Assembly (NCBI GenBank): GCA_051418015.1
Contig: JBPRGF010000017.1
Coordinates: forward strand, 192,001 to 256,000
Length of the DNA stretch: 64,000 bases
Direction of reading: 5' to 3'
DNA from: Candidatus Nitrospinota bacterium M3_3B_026
GTDB lineage: Bacteria > Nitrospinota_A > UBA7883 > JBPRGF01
Part shown: positions 38,366-47,557 of the stretch, in pieces
Numbering within the stretch: position 1 is the first letter of the stretch
Layout of the letters: every line of letters begins with the position of its first letter
Notes under the pieces: generated by a model
The model's database searches: none
Told to the model about the DNA's origin: nothing
Seen by the model: the letters and a program-made list of their open reading frames with translations, nothing else
Program-made: the position numbers and the translations under genes

Positions 38366-41047
38366 CTAAAAATGGCGGAAATCGTCGTCCCGCTCGCGCT
38401 CGTCCAGGGCGATGACGTCGCTTGGTTTCACCGCCGGGCCGGCTTTGCCTCCCTGGCGCTGGATATGCCTGCCGTATTTCCGGTCGTCCTTCTGGATATG
38501 GTTCACCAGCCAGTCCATCAGAAAACCCATTATCTCGTCGCTGATCGCCTGGCGCCCGGCCTTGAACTCGTTGTAGAACCTGCCCACCTGCGCGATGAGA
38601 TCCTCGTGGACCTTCTTGTGCGAGTCGCTCTCCGGGAAGCCCACGTCCCTCTGCAGCTTCTCCTCGGCTGCGAAATGGGTCTTGGTGTAGTCCACCAGCG
38701 AGTCCAGCACATGGCCGAGAGCCTGCCTGCTCTTCCCGGCGAGTTTGGCCGAGTAAAGCTCGTTCACAAGGTTAACAAGCCTCCTGTGCTGGGCGTCCAT
38801 CTCCGGGACGAAAACCGTGAACGCCCTCTCGTCCCAGGTTATGATCTCCTTGTCCGCGGCTGGGCGCGCGGCCTTGGGACGCGCGGCCGGCGCTGGAGAT
38901 GGATGGGGCGCGGCGGTTTCGCGTCCGCCTCCCTGGCGCTGGATATGCCTGCCGTATTTCCGGTCGTCCTTCTGGATATGGTTCACCAGCCAGTCCATCA
39001 GAAAACCCATTATCTCATCGCTGATCGCCTGGCGCCCGGCCTTGAACTCGTTGTAGAACTTGCCCACCTGCGCGATGAGATCCTCGTGAACCTTCTTGTG
39101 CGAATCGCTCTCCGGGAAGCCCATGTCCCTCTGCAGCTTCTCCTCGGCGGCGAAATGGGTCTTGGTGTAGTCCACCAGCGAGTCCAGCACGCGGCCGAGG
39201 GCCTGCCTGCTCTTCCCGGCGAGTTTGGCCGAGTAAAGCTCGTTCACGAGGTCTACGAGCTTCTTGTGTTGGGCGTCCATCTCCGGGACATAGACGGTGA
39301 ACGCCTTCTTGTCCCAGCTTATGATCCCCTTGTCCGCGGCTGGGCCCCGCTCCACGGCCTTTCGCTCCGGCAGGGCTTTTACTGCTCCCTCGTCCTCCTC
39401 CTCGGCTCCCTCCAGCTCAAACCGGTGGAGCATGTTCTTAAGAATCATTACCTGGTTGGTCAGGTGCTCCGCCGCGGCGAGGTTCTCGTCGGCGATGGCG
39501 GCGTTTTTCTGAGTGACCTCGTCGATGCTGGTGACGCCCTTCCTGGTCTCCTCTATCCCCTTGGCCTGCTCCGCGGAGGACTGGGCTATCTCCCCGATAA
39601 GGTCCTTGACCTTCGTCACGCCGTTGACGATCTCGTCCAGGGCCTCGGCCGTCCTGGACGCCACGGAGGCGCCGTCCTGGGAGTCCTTCACCGATCCCTC
39701 GATAAGCTCCGCCGTCTCCTTGGCCGCCTTGGCGCTGCGGGAGGCGAGGTTGCGCACCTCCTCGGCCACCACGGCGAACCCCTTGCCGTGTTTGCCCGCC
39801 CGGGCGGCCTCCACGGCGGCGTTCAGAGCCAACAGGTTCGTCTGGAAGGCGATCTCGTCTATCACCTTCACTATATTGGATATTTTCTGGCCGGAGACCA
39901 CTATCTTCTGCATGGCCTCGACCATCTCCTCCATGCTGTGGCTTCCCTTGTCGGCCGCCTCGCTGGCCTGCCCGGCCAGCTCATCGGCCTTGGCGGCGTG
40001 CTCGGCGGTGAGGCTCACCTGGCTCGATATCTGCTCCATCGAGGCAAGGGCCTGCTCCATGGAGCTGGCCTGCGACGAGGCGCCTTCGGAAAGGGTCTGG
40101 CTGGACTGGGATAGCTGCTCGGCGCTCTGGGCCACCCCCTCGTTCACGTGGCTTATGCCGTATATAAGCTCCCTTATACTCCTGTTGGTCTTCTCCAGCC
40201 CGCTCTTTATCACACCGCTGGCCCTGAAGGTGAAGTCGCCCTCGGCCAGCCTTGCGAAGGCGGCCACGATCTCGTCCCTCAGGTTGTCGGCGAACCTGTC
40301 TATCGCGCGCGCCATCCTGCCTATCTCGTCGTCCCGCCGCATGTCAAGGCGCGCGTCCAGGTCCCCCGCGCCCAGGGCGTGGATCACCTCCACCATTTTC
40401 CGGATGGGCCTCAAGACCAGCCTGGACATGATGAAAAGGACTATGCCCAGCAGAACGGCGAGCTCGGCCACCTGGAGGGCCGTCATGCGGTTGAAATCGC
40501 CGGCCAACCTGTTGTCGATCTCTTCGAGGGACACCAACATGCTCACGGCTCCGTTGGACTGCCCGATCTCCCCCTCGTGGCAATCCAGGCACCGGACCCC
40601 GCCCCGGTCCTCCTCGATAACCAAGGGAACCACCGCGCGCAAAAGACGCCTGCCGTCCTTCTCCAATATCTCGTATTGCGGCTCGGCGGCCTCCAGGGCC
40701 CTGCGGTCTATCTCGTCCATCGGCTGTTCGCCAGCCAACCCTTCCCCGAACTGCCTCGTCACGCTCTCGCTGCGGAACACGCGAAGCTCGTCGAGGCCGG
40801 GGGTCGTCTTCTTCACGAGGTCAAGAAAAGTCCCCCGCTGGTCTATGGTTCCCTCGACCATCATGGCGTTCAGAGAGCTCAAGATCGTCTCGGCTATGCC
40901 GCAGGCTTGAGCCTTGATCTCCTGGAGGGCCTGCTCCTCCTGGTTCCTGTAAAAAGAGATTATGTTGAAAAGGGAGGAGAAGATGAAGACACAGGCGATG
41001 GCCACGGCCAGCTTGGCGGCCAGGGTGTTGAGGCGAAACCGTTTCAT
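38366..41047 (-). CDS. Methyl-accepting chemotaxis protein with periplasmic heme-c domain and two C-terminal hemerythrins
   Basis: Two TMs flanking [38 protein letters not shown], 2x (DAQH..HFAAEE..HKKVH..HIQKDD). Confidence 0.93.
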   Translation of the reverse strand: MKRFRLNTLAAKLAVAIACVFIFSSLFNIISFYRNQEEQALQEIKAQACGIAETILSSLNAMMVEGTIDQRGTFLDLVKKTTPGLDELRVFRSESVTRQFGEGLAGEQPMDEIDRRALEAAEPQYEILEKDGRRLLRAVVPLVIEEDRGGVRCLDCHEGEIGQSNGAVSMLVSLEEIDNRLAGDFNRMTALQVAELAVLLGIVLFIMSRLVLRPIRKMVEVIHALGAGDLDARLDMRRDDEIGRMARAIDRFADNLRDEIVAAFARLAEGDFTFRASGVIKSGLEKTNRSIRELIYGISHVNEGVAQSAEQLSQSSQTLSEGASSQASSMEQALASMEQISSQVSLTAEHAAKADELAGQASEAADKGSHSMEEMVEAMQKIVVSGQKISNIVKVIDEIAFQTNLLALNAAVEAARAGKHGKGFAVVAEEVRNLASRSAKAAKETAELIEGSVKDSQDGASVASRTAEALDEIVNGVTKVKDLIGEIAQSSAEQAKGIEETRKGVTSIDEVTQKNAAIADENLAAAEHLTNQVMILKNMLHRFELEGAEEEDEGAVKALPERKAVERGPAADKGIISWDKKAFTVYVPEMDAQHKKLVDLVNELYSAKLAGKSRQALGRVLDSLVDYTKTHFAAEEKLQRDMGFPESDSHKKVHEDLIAQVGKFYNEFKAGRQAISDEIMGFLMDWLVNHIQKDDRKYGRHIQRQGGGRETAAPHPSPAPAARPKAARPAADKEIITWDERAFTVFVPEMDAQHRRLVNLVNELYSAKLAGKSRQALGHVLDSLVDYTKTHFAAEEKLQRDVGFPESDSHKKVHEDLIAQVGRFYNEFKAGRQAISDEIMGFLMDWLVNHIQKDDRKYGRHIQRQGGKAGPAVKPSDVIALDERERDDDFRHF
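38447..39344. repeat. Near-identical intragenic direct repeat (38447-38864 and 38927-39344, 480-bp period)
   Basis: Long identical stretches at offset 480, each encoding one hemerythrin domain. Confidence 0.95.
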
Positions 41048-41265
41048 AAAAGGGGACTCCTGCTATATATAAAACATAGCGCGCTACGCCGAGATCCCCT
41101 CCTCTTTCCGGCCCGACGCCCCCCACGGCCCAGCCCCGGGCGAAAACGCGCCGCGCCTTTCGGGCGCGTGAACACGATCCGCTTCAACTAGATGCGGGTA
41201 ACATTATGACACAACAGAGGCGGCGGCGACAAGCTTTTCTAATTATGAAAACAGGTCCGCCGGGG

Positions 41266-41583
41266 CTATCTCCAGGTGTATCCGCAACCCTCGATGTCGT
41301 CGGGAAACATGGGGTACCTGTGGCATATGACCGGCTTCTCCTCCGGCCTGCCGTTAAGGGCGCACAGGTTGTCGCTTGTAAGGCGCTCGCAGGGAATGTC
41401 AATCTCGAAAAGGAGCCTGTCGGCGCCGTGGTCGGCGTCGGTGATTCTGATTCCACGGAAGGAGTAATAGACCCTTGCTTCCTCGAGGGAGCCGTGCTGG
41501 CCGACAACGTGGCTCAGGACTCCCGTTATCCTGACCGACCGGCAGCACTCGCCGCAACGGCGGCATTCCCCGAAGCGCCTCAT
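41266..41583 (-). CDS. YkgJ-family cysteine cluster protein
   Basis: CRRCGECC ... C..L...C.....KP.IC..YP. Confidence 0.82.
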   Translation of the reverse strand: MRRFGECRRCGECCRSVRITGVLSHVVGQHGSLEEARVYYSFRGIRITDADHGADRLLFEIDIPCERLTSDNLCALNGRPEEKPVICHRYPMFPDDIEGCGYTWR

Positions 41584-42248
41584 CAGCCAGCCCCCAGCAG
41601 CCCCGCCAGCTCGCCGAAGCTCTCTATCACCGCGTCCGGCCCGGCCCCCAGAAGCTCCTCCCGGCTCCTGAAACCGTAGACCGCGCCAACGGTAAACGCG
41701 CCGGCGTTTTTGCCCGTCTCGATATCCACTGCGGAGTCCCCGACGATCAGCGTCTTTGACACCAGGACGGAGTACCCGGCGGCGATCCGGAGCACGGCGG
41801 CGGGGTCGGGCTTTTTCACGGGCAGGGTGTCACCCCCATACACGGCCCCGCCCACGTATCGCGCGAGGCCGAGCTCGGCGACGATGCGTTTTGTGTACCT
41901 TTCCGGCTTGTTGGAGACTATTCCCATCCGATATCCCCCCTCGAGCTTTTTGAGGGTCTCCTCCACACCGCCGAAGAGCCTGGTCGTATCAAGCAGCCGC
42001 TCCCAGTATATCCCCCGGAAGATTTCCATGACCTGCTCGAGCTTGTCCGCATGCCCCGCCGCCTCTACCGAACGGCGTATCAGCGGCCCCACGCCGTTTC
42101 CGACAAAGCCCGCGATGGTCTCCATCGGGAGAGGGTCATAGCCCACCCTCCGGAAGGTCTGGTTCAGGGAATCGGCTATGTCCTGCCTGGAGTCTATCAG
42201 CGTGCCGTCCAGGTCGAATACGAGCAGATCGACATCGAAGCGTCTCAT
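41583..42248 (-). CDS. HAD hydrolase (phosphoglycolate phosphatase-like)
   Basis: FDLDGTLIDS, VSNK, KKPDP, VGDS..D; alternative start 42263. Confidence 0.9.
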   Translation of the reverse strand: MRRFDVDLLVFDLDGTLIDSRQDIADSLNQTFRRVGYDPLPMETIAGFVGNGVGPLIRRSVEAAGHADKLEQVMEIFRGIYWERLLDTTRLFGGVEETLKKLEGGYRMGIVSNKPERYTKRIVAELGLARYVGGAVYGGDTLPVKKPDPAAVLRIAAGYSVLVSKTLIVGDSAVDIETGKNAGAFTVGAVYGFRSREELLGAGPDAVIESFGELAGLLGAG

Positions 42249-42278
42249 GCCCTTATCATACAACCGGCGGACGCGGCG

Positions 42279-43628
42279 TTAAAGCGCCAGGTCCCACTGG
42301 AGCAGGAGCTTGTTCTGCGGGACGAAGGTAGAGCCGTCCGGGCCGATCCTGGCGTCCGACTCAGACGAGTCCACATGAAGCTCGAGGCCTATCCTCATGT
42401 TGCTGACCGGCATTATCTCGAACCGCCACTGGAACATCCCCACGTTCGCGCTTTTCATCTCCGTCTTTTCGCCGTCCACCGTCACGGCGTAGTCCTCGTA
42501 GTATGAAAACCCGTAGGCCGCGCCCGTCCTCATCCAGTTGTTGATGAGCCAGATGACGCCGAGGGAGGCGGCGTTCCTGTGAATGGCGTCCCGGCTGAAG
42601 GTGTGGGACACCGCGCCGTCCGCGTCCCTTATGGTCCTGCCGCCGACGGTCATTGTTGACCTTTCAAGCGCGAGGTCCACCTCGAAATAAGGATGGCTGT
42701 AACGCGCCGTCAGGATAAACTCCTGCAGGTCCTCGTTCGGGTCAAGCGGGTCCGGCTCGAAAGTAAGGCTCTCACCCGACGGCGCCGCCGCGGTCATGTC
42801 GAGTTTTCCGCTCTTGTTCCCCCAGTACCGCAGCGACACGGCGACCTTGTCCAGGTCCATCCGCCCCATGAAGGTGTACGCCTTCTCGGCGTCGTCCTCG
42901 TCCGTTCCCGTCAGCCCGGCGCCGGTGTACGCCGCGATCTCGTAAGAGAACAAGCCGTAGCTGGGGCGGCCATATATCCTGATCCCCATGTCGGACCCCG
43001 CGGCGCTGTAGCCCAATGGCGTCGCGTTATCGTTGTAAGGATGGCCGTGATGGGCAAGCTTTGGCGCGCCGAACCAGCTCCTGCCCGCCGGGACGGCGTC
43101 GTAGTCCGTCGCCTCCATAACGCCCACGTCAAGGGAGACGAGGCCGGGCTTGAACCAGTTGACGAACCGCAGGTATCCTTGCTCCACGTCCTCATCGCCC
43201 CAGGGCAGCGAAAGCCAGTAGCCGATGTTCGGCGCCACCGTCCCCCCCAGGCTCGCGGTGAAAGTGTTGCCCTCGACGCAGCAGAAAAAGCCGCCGCTTC
43301 GCTCCCCCTCCGGCCCCTCGTCCGGCTGCTGGAGGATCATCCCGCCGTTCAGGCGGAAAGAAAGCGGAGGGTTCGCGTCGCCGATGTCCAGGAAAAGGCT
43401 GTCCACCGGCGAGAACTTGCCCTTCTCCCCGCCGTCCTCGGAGTCCGGCAGCTGGTAGCCGTTCATCTTGAACTTGCCCCCCACGGCGTTCAGCCTCGGC
43501 CAAGCCGAGTGGCACATGGAGCAGGGGGCCTCGTATTTTTTCGAGAACGCCGGGACGGCCAACGCGGAAACGGGCGCGAACGAAGTTATGACGAAAGCGG
43601 CCAGGATGATTTTAAAAGCGAGTCTCAT
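42279..43628 (-). CDS. Cyc2-like fused monoheme cytochrome c / outer-membrane beta-barrel
   Basis: Signal peptide (ALA|VP), PAFSKKY..CSMCH..WPRLN..G.KFKMNGY, alternating beta-strand pattern, C-terminus LQWDLAL. Confidence 0.78.
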   Translation of the reverse strand: MRLAFKIILAAFVITSFAPVSALAVPAFSKKYEAPCSMCHSAWPRLNAVGGKFKMNGYQLPDSEDGGEKGKFSPVDSLFLDIGDANPPLSFRLNGGMILQQPDEGPEGERSGGFFCCVEGNTFTASLGGTVAPNIGYWLSLPWGDEDVEQGYLRFVNWFKPGLVSLDVGVMEATDYDAVPAGRSWFGAPKLAHHGHPYNDNATPLGYSAAGSDMGIRIYGRPSYGLFSYEIAAYTGAGLTGTDEDDAEKAYTFMGRMDLDKVAVSLRYWGNKSGKLDMTAAAPSGESLTFEPDPLDPNEDLQEFILTARYSHPYFEVDLALERSTMTVGGRTIRDADGAVSHTFSRDAIHRNAASLGVIWLINNWMRTGAAYGFSYYEDYAVTVDGEKTEMKSANVGMFQWRFEIMPVSNMRIGLELHVDSSESDARIGPDGSTFVPQNKLLLQWDLAL

Positions 43629-43792
43629 ATCGTCTTTCCAAAAGATCGCGCCGGGCGGGGCCGGGCGTGTATGATGTTGATGTTAAGGGGGAAACGTAGC
43701 ACGGAGGGAAGCGCCCGTCAAGCGGATAGAGTACGGCGCTCTTGTGGAACTCGCGTCCGCGTGGTATTTTACGTTTTTTCAAGTTTTTCAGT

Positions 43793-43869
43793 CGGGACGT
43801 GGCTCAGCCTGGTAGAGCACTCGCTTCGGGAGCGAGGGGTCGCCGGTTCAAATCCGGCCGTCCCGACCA
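43793..43869 (+). tRNA. tRNA-Pro(CGG)
   Basis: CGGGACGTGGCTCAGCCTGGTAGAGCA-CTCGC-TTCGGGA-GCGAG...GGTTCAAATCCGGCCGTCCCGACCA; 77 nt. Confidence 0.97.
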
Positions 43870-43901
43870 TATTCACACACCCGCGCTTTTCGGCCTGTTT
43901 T

Positions 43902-44954
43902 CTAAAGAGTCCCGAATTTTTTCCGGAACGTCTCGACAACCGTCTCCCTGCCGTAACCGGCCAGCAGCGCCTCCCGCGCTCTCATGGCCCGGCCCCGGCG
44001 CTCATCCGGCGGCGCTTCCCTGATCTGTCCCAGGGTCTTCGCGATCTCACCGGGGCTGGAGAAGGCGCACGTCTGCCCCGGGGCGTAATAAGAAGGCTCG
44101 CTGCAGAACGGCTGTGGTATCTCCACGTGTCCTATCCGCCAGAACGCCCCTTCGACAAGTAGGCTTTTGTGACCGCCCCAGAAGTTCGCCGCCACCGGCA
44201 GCCCCGCCAGGACAGCCTCCGCCACCGGCAGCCCCAGCCCCTCGCCAAGGCTGGCCGTGACGTAGGCGTCAAAGTCTTTATACAGGGCGAGGGTCTCATC
44301 GAGCGTGAGCCTTTCCGCGGCGATTTTTATGTCATCCCGCGGAGGGCGCCAGGCGGCCCCGGGCGATGTTTTTATGACAAGCTCCGCCTCGCCCTCCTCC
44401 GGGAACGCCGCCATGAAGCCCTCCATGAGAAGGTGGAACCCTTTGCGGAAATGAGGCTCCCCCACCGACAAGAACCTGAAAGCCCCCGATGACGCCCAGC
44501 TCTCCTTGCGCGGGAGCTCGTCGATGTCCAGGGCGGGTGGCAGCTTAAAGACGGGCGCCTTCAAGCCGCTTCGCAAAAGTATATCGTGGACGTGATCCGA
44601 CGTGACCCATACTTCGTCGAACCGGTTTAGGCGCTCCACCCACGCCCCAGGATACGCGCTCCATTCGTGGGCCACGAGCGCCACATTGTACGCCCCGACG
44701 AGGGGGGAAAAACGCGGGCCAATGGTGTTGCTCAGGGCCACGCCACCCGAGGCGAGCTTTTCCGCCGCGGCGGCCTCTTCCGCCGAGACGGGCGCCTCCA
44801 TCTCCGACACGGTCGCCCCCGCAGCCTCGAGCGTCTGCCGGTAAAGCCTGCCTATGGCGGCGTAGCTTGCTATGCCGGAGTCCGTGAAAAGCGCGGCCTT
44901 TCGCGCCCCCCTGGGGCCGCTGGCGGCGTTCATCCCAAATCCATCCTCTTCCAA
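43902..44954 (-). CDS. GT4-like glycosyltransferase
   Basis: DEVWV.S, RKGF.LL, EGLGLPVAEA motifs; start uncertain (ATG 44933 possible). Confidence 0.85.
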   Translation of the reverse strand: MEEDGFGMNAASGPRGARKAALFTDSGIASYAAIGRLYRQTLEAAGATVSEMEAPVSAEEAAAAEKLASGGVALSNTIGPRFSPLVGAYNVALVAHEWSAYPGAWVERLNRFDEVWVTSDHVHDILLRSGLKAPVFKLPPALDIDELPRKESWASSGAFRFLSVGEPHFRKGFHLLMEGFMAAFPEEGEAELVIKTSPGAAWRPPRDDIKIAAERLTLDETLALYKDFDAYVTASLGEGLGLPVAEAVLAGLPVAANFWGGHKSLLVEGAFWRIGHVEIPQPFCSEPSYYAPGQTCAFSSPGEIAKTLGQIREAPPDERRGRAMRAREALLAGYGRETVVETFRKKFGTL

Positions 44955-45069
44955 ACGAACAAGATACAGGCTAACAGAATCCGGCGGCCGCAGGATTATG
45001 TCAACCTTATCGGGACGCGGCCCCAGGGCTTGAGAGCCGTCGGCCGGAGGCTATGCTAACCTACCCTCC

Positions 45070-45942
45070 ATGGAGACAGCGAAAAAATCCCCCGCCAAGG
45101 TGAATTTCCTGTTGAAAATCACGGGCCGGAGGATGGACGGATACCACGAGATAAGGTCCGTCATCCAGATGATAGACCTGGCCGACACCCTTACCTTCAG
45201 GCCCAGGGAGGACGGCGTTATAAAGCTGATCTGCGATCATCCTGACGTTCCCACGGACGGGCGCAACCTCGTGATGAAAGCCGCCGAGCAGCTGCGCCGC
45301 CGCGCCGGGATAAGACTGGGGGCGGATATCATGCTGGAAAAGAGGATACCCGTGGCGGCGGGCCTGGGGGGCGGAAGCTCCAACGCCGCCTGCGCCCTGG
45401 CGGCGTTGAACGAGCTGTGGGGCGCGGGCCTTTCCCGCGGCGCGCTGATGGAGGCGGGGCTTGCGGTGGGGGCCGATGTCCCCTTCTTCCTGGGGGAGAG
45501 CGCCCTTGCCTGGGTGGAGGGGATCGGGGAGAAGGTCGCGCAGATGCGCCCCGCGAAAAGCCTGCCCCTGCTGCTTTTGAACCCCGGGTTCGGGATATCC
45601 GCCGGGGAGGCCTATCGCGGCTTCGGCGGGGGGTTCTCCCCGTTCCCGCGCGATCCCGGCCTCGCGGCGGACATGGAGTCGGCCGAGCCGGAGAGGGTGG
45701 CGCGGAGCCTGTCCAACGACCTCGAAGGATGGGCGATGAGAACGCATGTGGGCCTGGCCGCCCTGAAAAAGGCCGTGGAGAGCGCTTCGCCTGAGCCCCT
45801 GGGCGTCCTGATGTCCGGCAGCGGGCCGACCCTGCTTGCCATATACCGTGACGCCGAAGAGACCGCCGAGGCGAAGGCTGCCCTCGGAAACGCCGCGCCT
45901 TTCGTGGCCGCCGCTGAAACGCTTGTGGAAAACCCGGCTTGA
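45070..45942 (+). CDS. ispE: 4-diphosphocytidyl-2-C-methyl-D-erythritol kinase
   Basis: PAKVN, DGYHE, KRIPVAAGLGGGSSNAA, GADVPFF, MSGSG. Confidence 0.96.
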   Translation: METAKKSPAKVNFLLKITGRRMDGYHEIRSVIQMIDLADTLTFRPREDGVIKLICDHPDVPTDGRNLVMKAAEQLRRRAGIRLGADIMLEKRIPVAAGLGGGSSNAACALAALNELWGAGLSRGALMEAGLAVGADVPFFLGESALAWVEGIGEKVAQMRPAKSLPLLLLNPGFGISAGEAYRGFGGGFSPFPRDPGLAADMESAEPERVARSLSNDLEGWAMRTHVGLAALKKAVESASPEPLGVLMSGSGPTLLAIYRDAEETAEAKAALGNAAPFVAAAETLVENPA

Positions 45943-45992
45943 GGCTCCCCGCCTGAACATGCCCCGAAAGCGTCCGGGGCCGCCGAAATTGA

Positions 45993-46021
45993 TTGTAAAT
46001 ACAAGGAAATATGGTTACCAT
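45993..46021 (+). promoter_or_regulatory. Putative sigma70 promoter of the stator operon
   Basis: TTGTAA-N17-TACCAT. Confidence 0.55.
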
Positions 46022-46113
46022 ATACAACGAAACAAAACTCGAGCTAAACTCCCTTGAGATGAGCGCCAAAGCTGTCGAGAACCTTCGCCTTAGGCTGTTT
46101 TAAGAGGAGAGCC

Positions 46114-47553
46114 TTGAACCCCGCCGAAATGTTCATCGTAAACAGGAAACTCTTTTTCGGTCTCTCCCCGGACCCTGAGGGAGACCTTTACGCCTGCCTG
46201 GTCAAAAAGATAAAGGGGTCGCTGGTTGCCGTCGTCGTCTCCAACCGCGACAAGGACAAAATCGACATCGACGCGGCGGACAATCTCTATTTTCATGGCA
46301 ACTGGGACGGGCGGTCGTGGATAACCCCCATGAAGATCGCCCAGAAAAACTCTTACCCCCTGCTTATCCTGACCGTGGCCGGAGAGCCCATCCCCATCGC
46401 CGTGGAGGAGGAGGCCGAGCCGCCCGCGCCCACCGAGGAGATAGAATCCATCGGCCTGGACAACAACCTGCCAGGCGAAACCGAAGGCGAGCCCCTTTTT
46501 GGCGCGCCTTCGGCGGACGAGACGCCGGAGGGGGGCTTCCTTGCGCCGCGGGACGAAGCGGCGGATATAGAAAGCGCGGAGGACGAGGAGATCACCGAAG
46601 ACGAACTCCAGTTCGAGCCCCCCGGCCCGATGGTCAACGCCATTGACGACGACCTTTCCGATGCGCGCGAGATAGAAACGGACGAGCTGGAGGAGCGGCT
46701 CGACGAGGATATCCGCGAGACCTTCGGGGAAGAGGATGAATACGGCCGGGCGGACGCGGCCATCGATACCGAAAACGCCGGAGACGACCTGTCCGACATG
46801 TTCATCGCCCCGAAAAACGAGGAATTGAACCTGGACATCAGCGACGGCCCCCGGGAGCCTTTCGGCGCCGACGACATCGAAAGCGGGGGGGGAGACATCT
46901 TCGCCGACACCCGGATCGAAAGACCCGACACCCCGGCATACAGAAGCCCCTCCCAGGCGGGGCGCGCCGAGCCGTCCTTTGAGGATGAGGAAGAGGCCCC
47001 CCATGACTTTTTCGGGCTTTACGTCCACCCGATCGGCGGGGAGATGGTCGAGAAAGTGTCGGAAGCCATCAGGTCGGGCGAACCCCCCCTCCAAGGCCGC
47101 GAAGCCGCCGCCTCCCGGCCCCGCCGTGGCGCGGGGTTGCCCGAGGACCTGGAAGGCCCAGCGCGCGAGGCCCTGGAGACAGTCATCAGCAGGGTGTCGA
47201 GGCTGGAGGAGATGTTTTCCGGAGATTCCGGGGAAGCCGCCGGGGACGAGCCTGCCCGGGAGGAGAGGATAGGCGCCGTCTGCCTGGATCTGGACGAGTG
47301 GCGGATGACCCTGGCCATGGAAAAACCGGTGGAGGAGGGCGCCTTTGCGCTGATCCTCGTGGACCGGCCGTGGATACCGCCGCTACGCTTCCACGCCGTG
47401 GCCGAGGCGGAGAGCTCCCGCCGGTCCGGGGACATGAGTGTGACAGACTTCCGTTTCACCGCCGTCTCCCCCGAAGGGCGGGAGGGGATCACCGCCTACC
47501 TGTCGAACCGGGCGGAAAGCTTCAAACGGCTCAAAGACGCGCTGAACGACTGA
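46114..47553 (+). CDS. Hypothetical protein with acidic low-complexity core and degenerate PilZ-like C-terminus
   Basis: SD GAGGAG before TTG; first gene of the FapA-motAB-PilZ run; D/E-rich middle. Confidence 0.7.
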   Translation: MNPAEMFIVNRKLFFGLSPDPEGDLYACLVKKIKGSLVAVVVSNRDKDKIDIDAADNLYFHGNWDGRSWITPMKIAQKNSYPLLILTVAGEPIPIAVEEEAEPPAPTEEIESIGLDNNLPGETEGEPLFGAPSADETPEGGFLAPRDEAADIESAEDEEITEDELQFEPPGPMVNAIDDDLSDAREIETDELEERLDEDIRETFGEEDEYGRADAAIDTENAGDDLSDMFIAPKNEELNLDISDGPREPFGADDIESGGGDIFADTRIERPDTPAYRSPSQAGRAEPSFEDEEEAPHDFFGLYVHPIGGEMVEKVSEAIRSGEPPLQGREAAASRPRRGAGLPEDLEGPAREALETVISRVSRLEEMFSGDSGEAAGDEPAREERIGAVCLDLDEWRMTLAMEKPVEEGAFALILVDRPWIPPLRFHAVAEAESSRRSGDMSVTDFRFTAVSPEGREGITAYLSNRAESFKRLKDALND

Positions 47554-47557
47554 GGCG

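Noticed and set aside
41100..41175. Possible c-di-GMP-I riboswitch upstream of the chemoreceptor (GCGCC-CGAAA-GGCGC hairpin)
   Set aside because: Lacks the conserved GGCAAAC and GCAAAGC elements; probably an ordinary GC hairpin
19689..43869. tRNA-Val and tRNA-Pro as possible island integration sites
   Set aside because: No integrase, no duplicated tRNA 3' end and no obvious compositional shift seen
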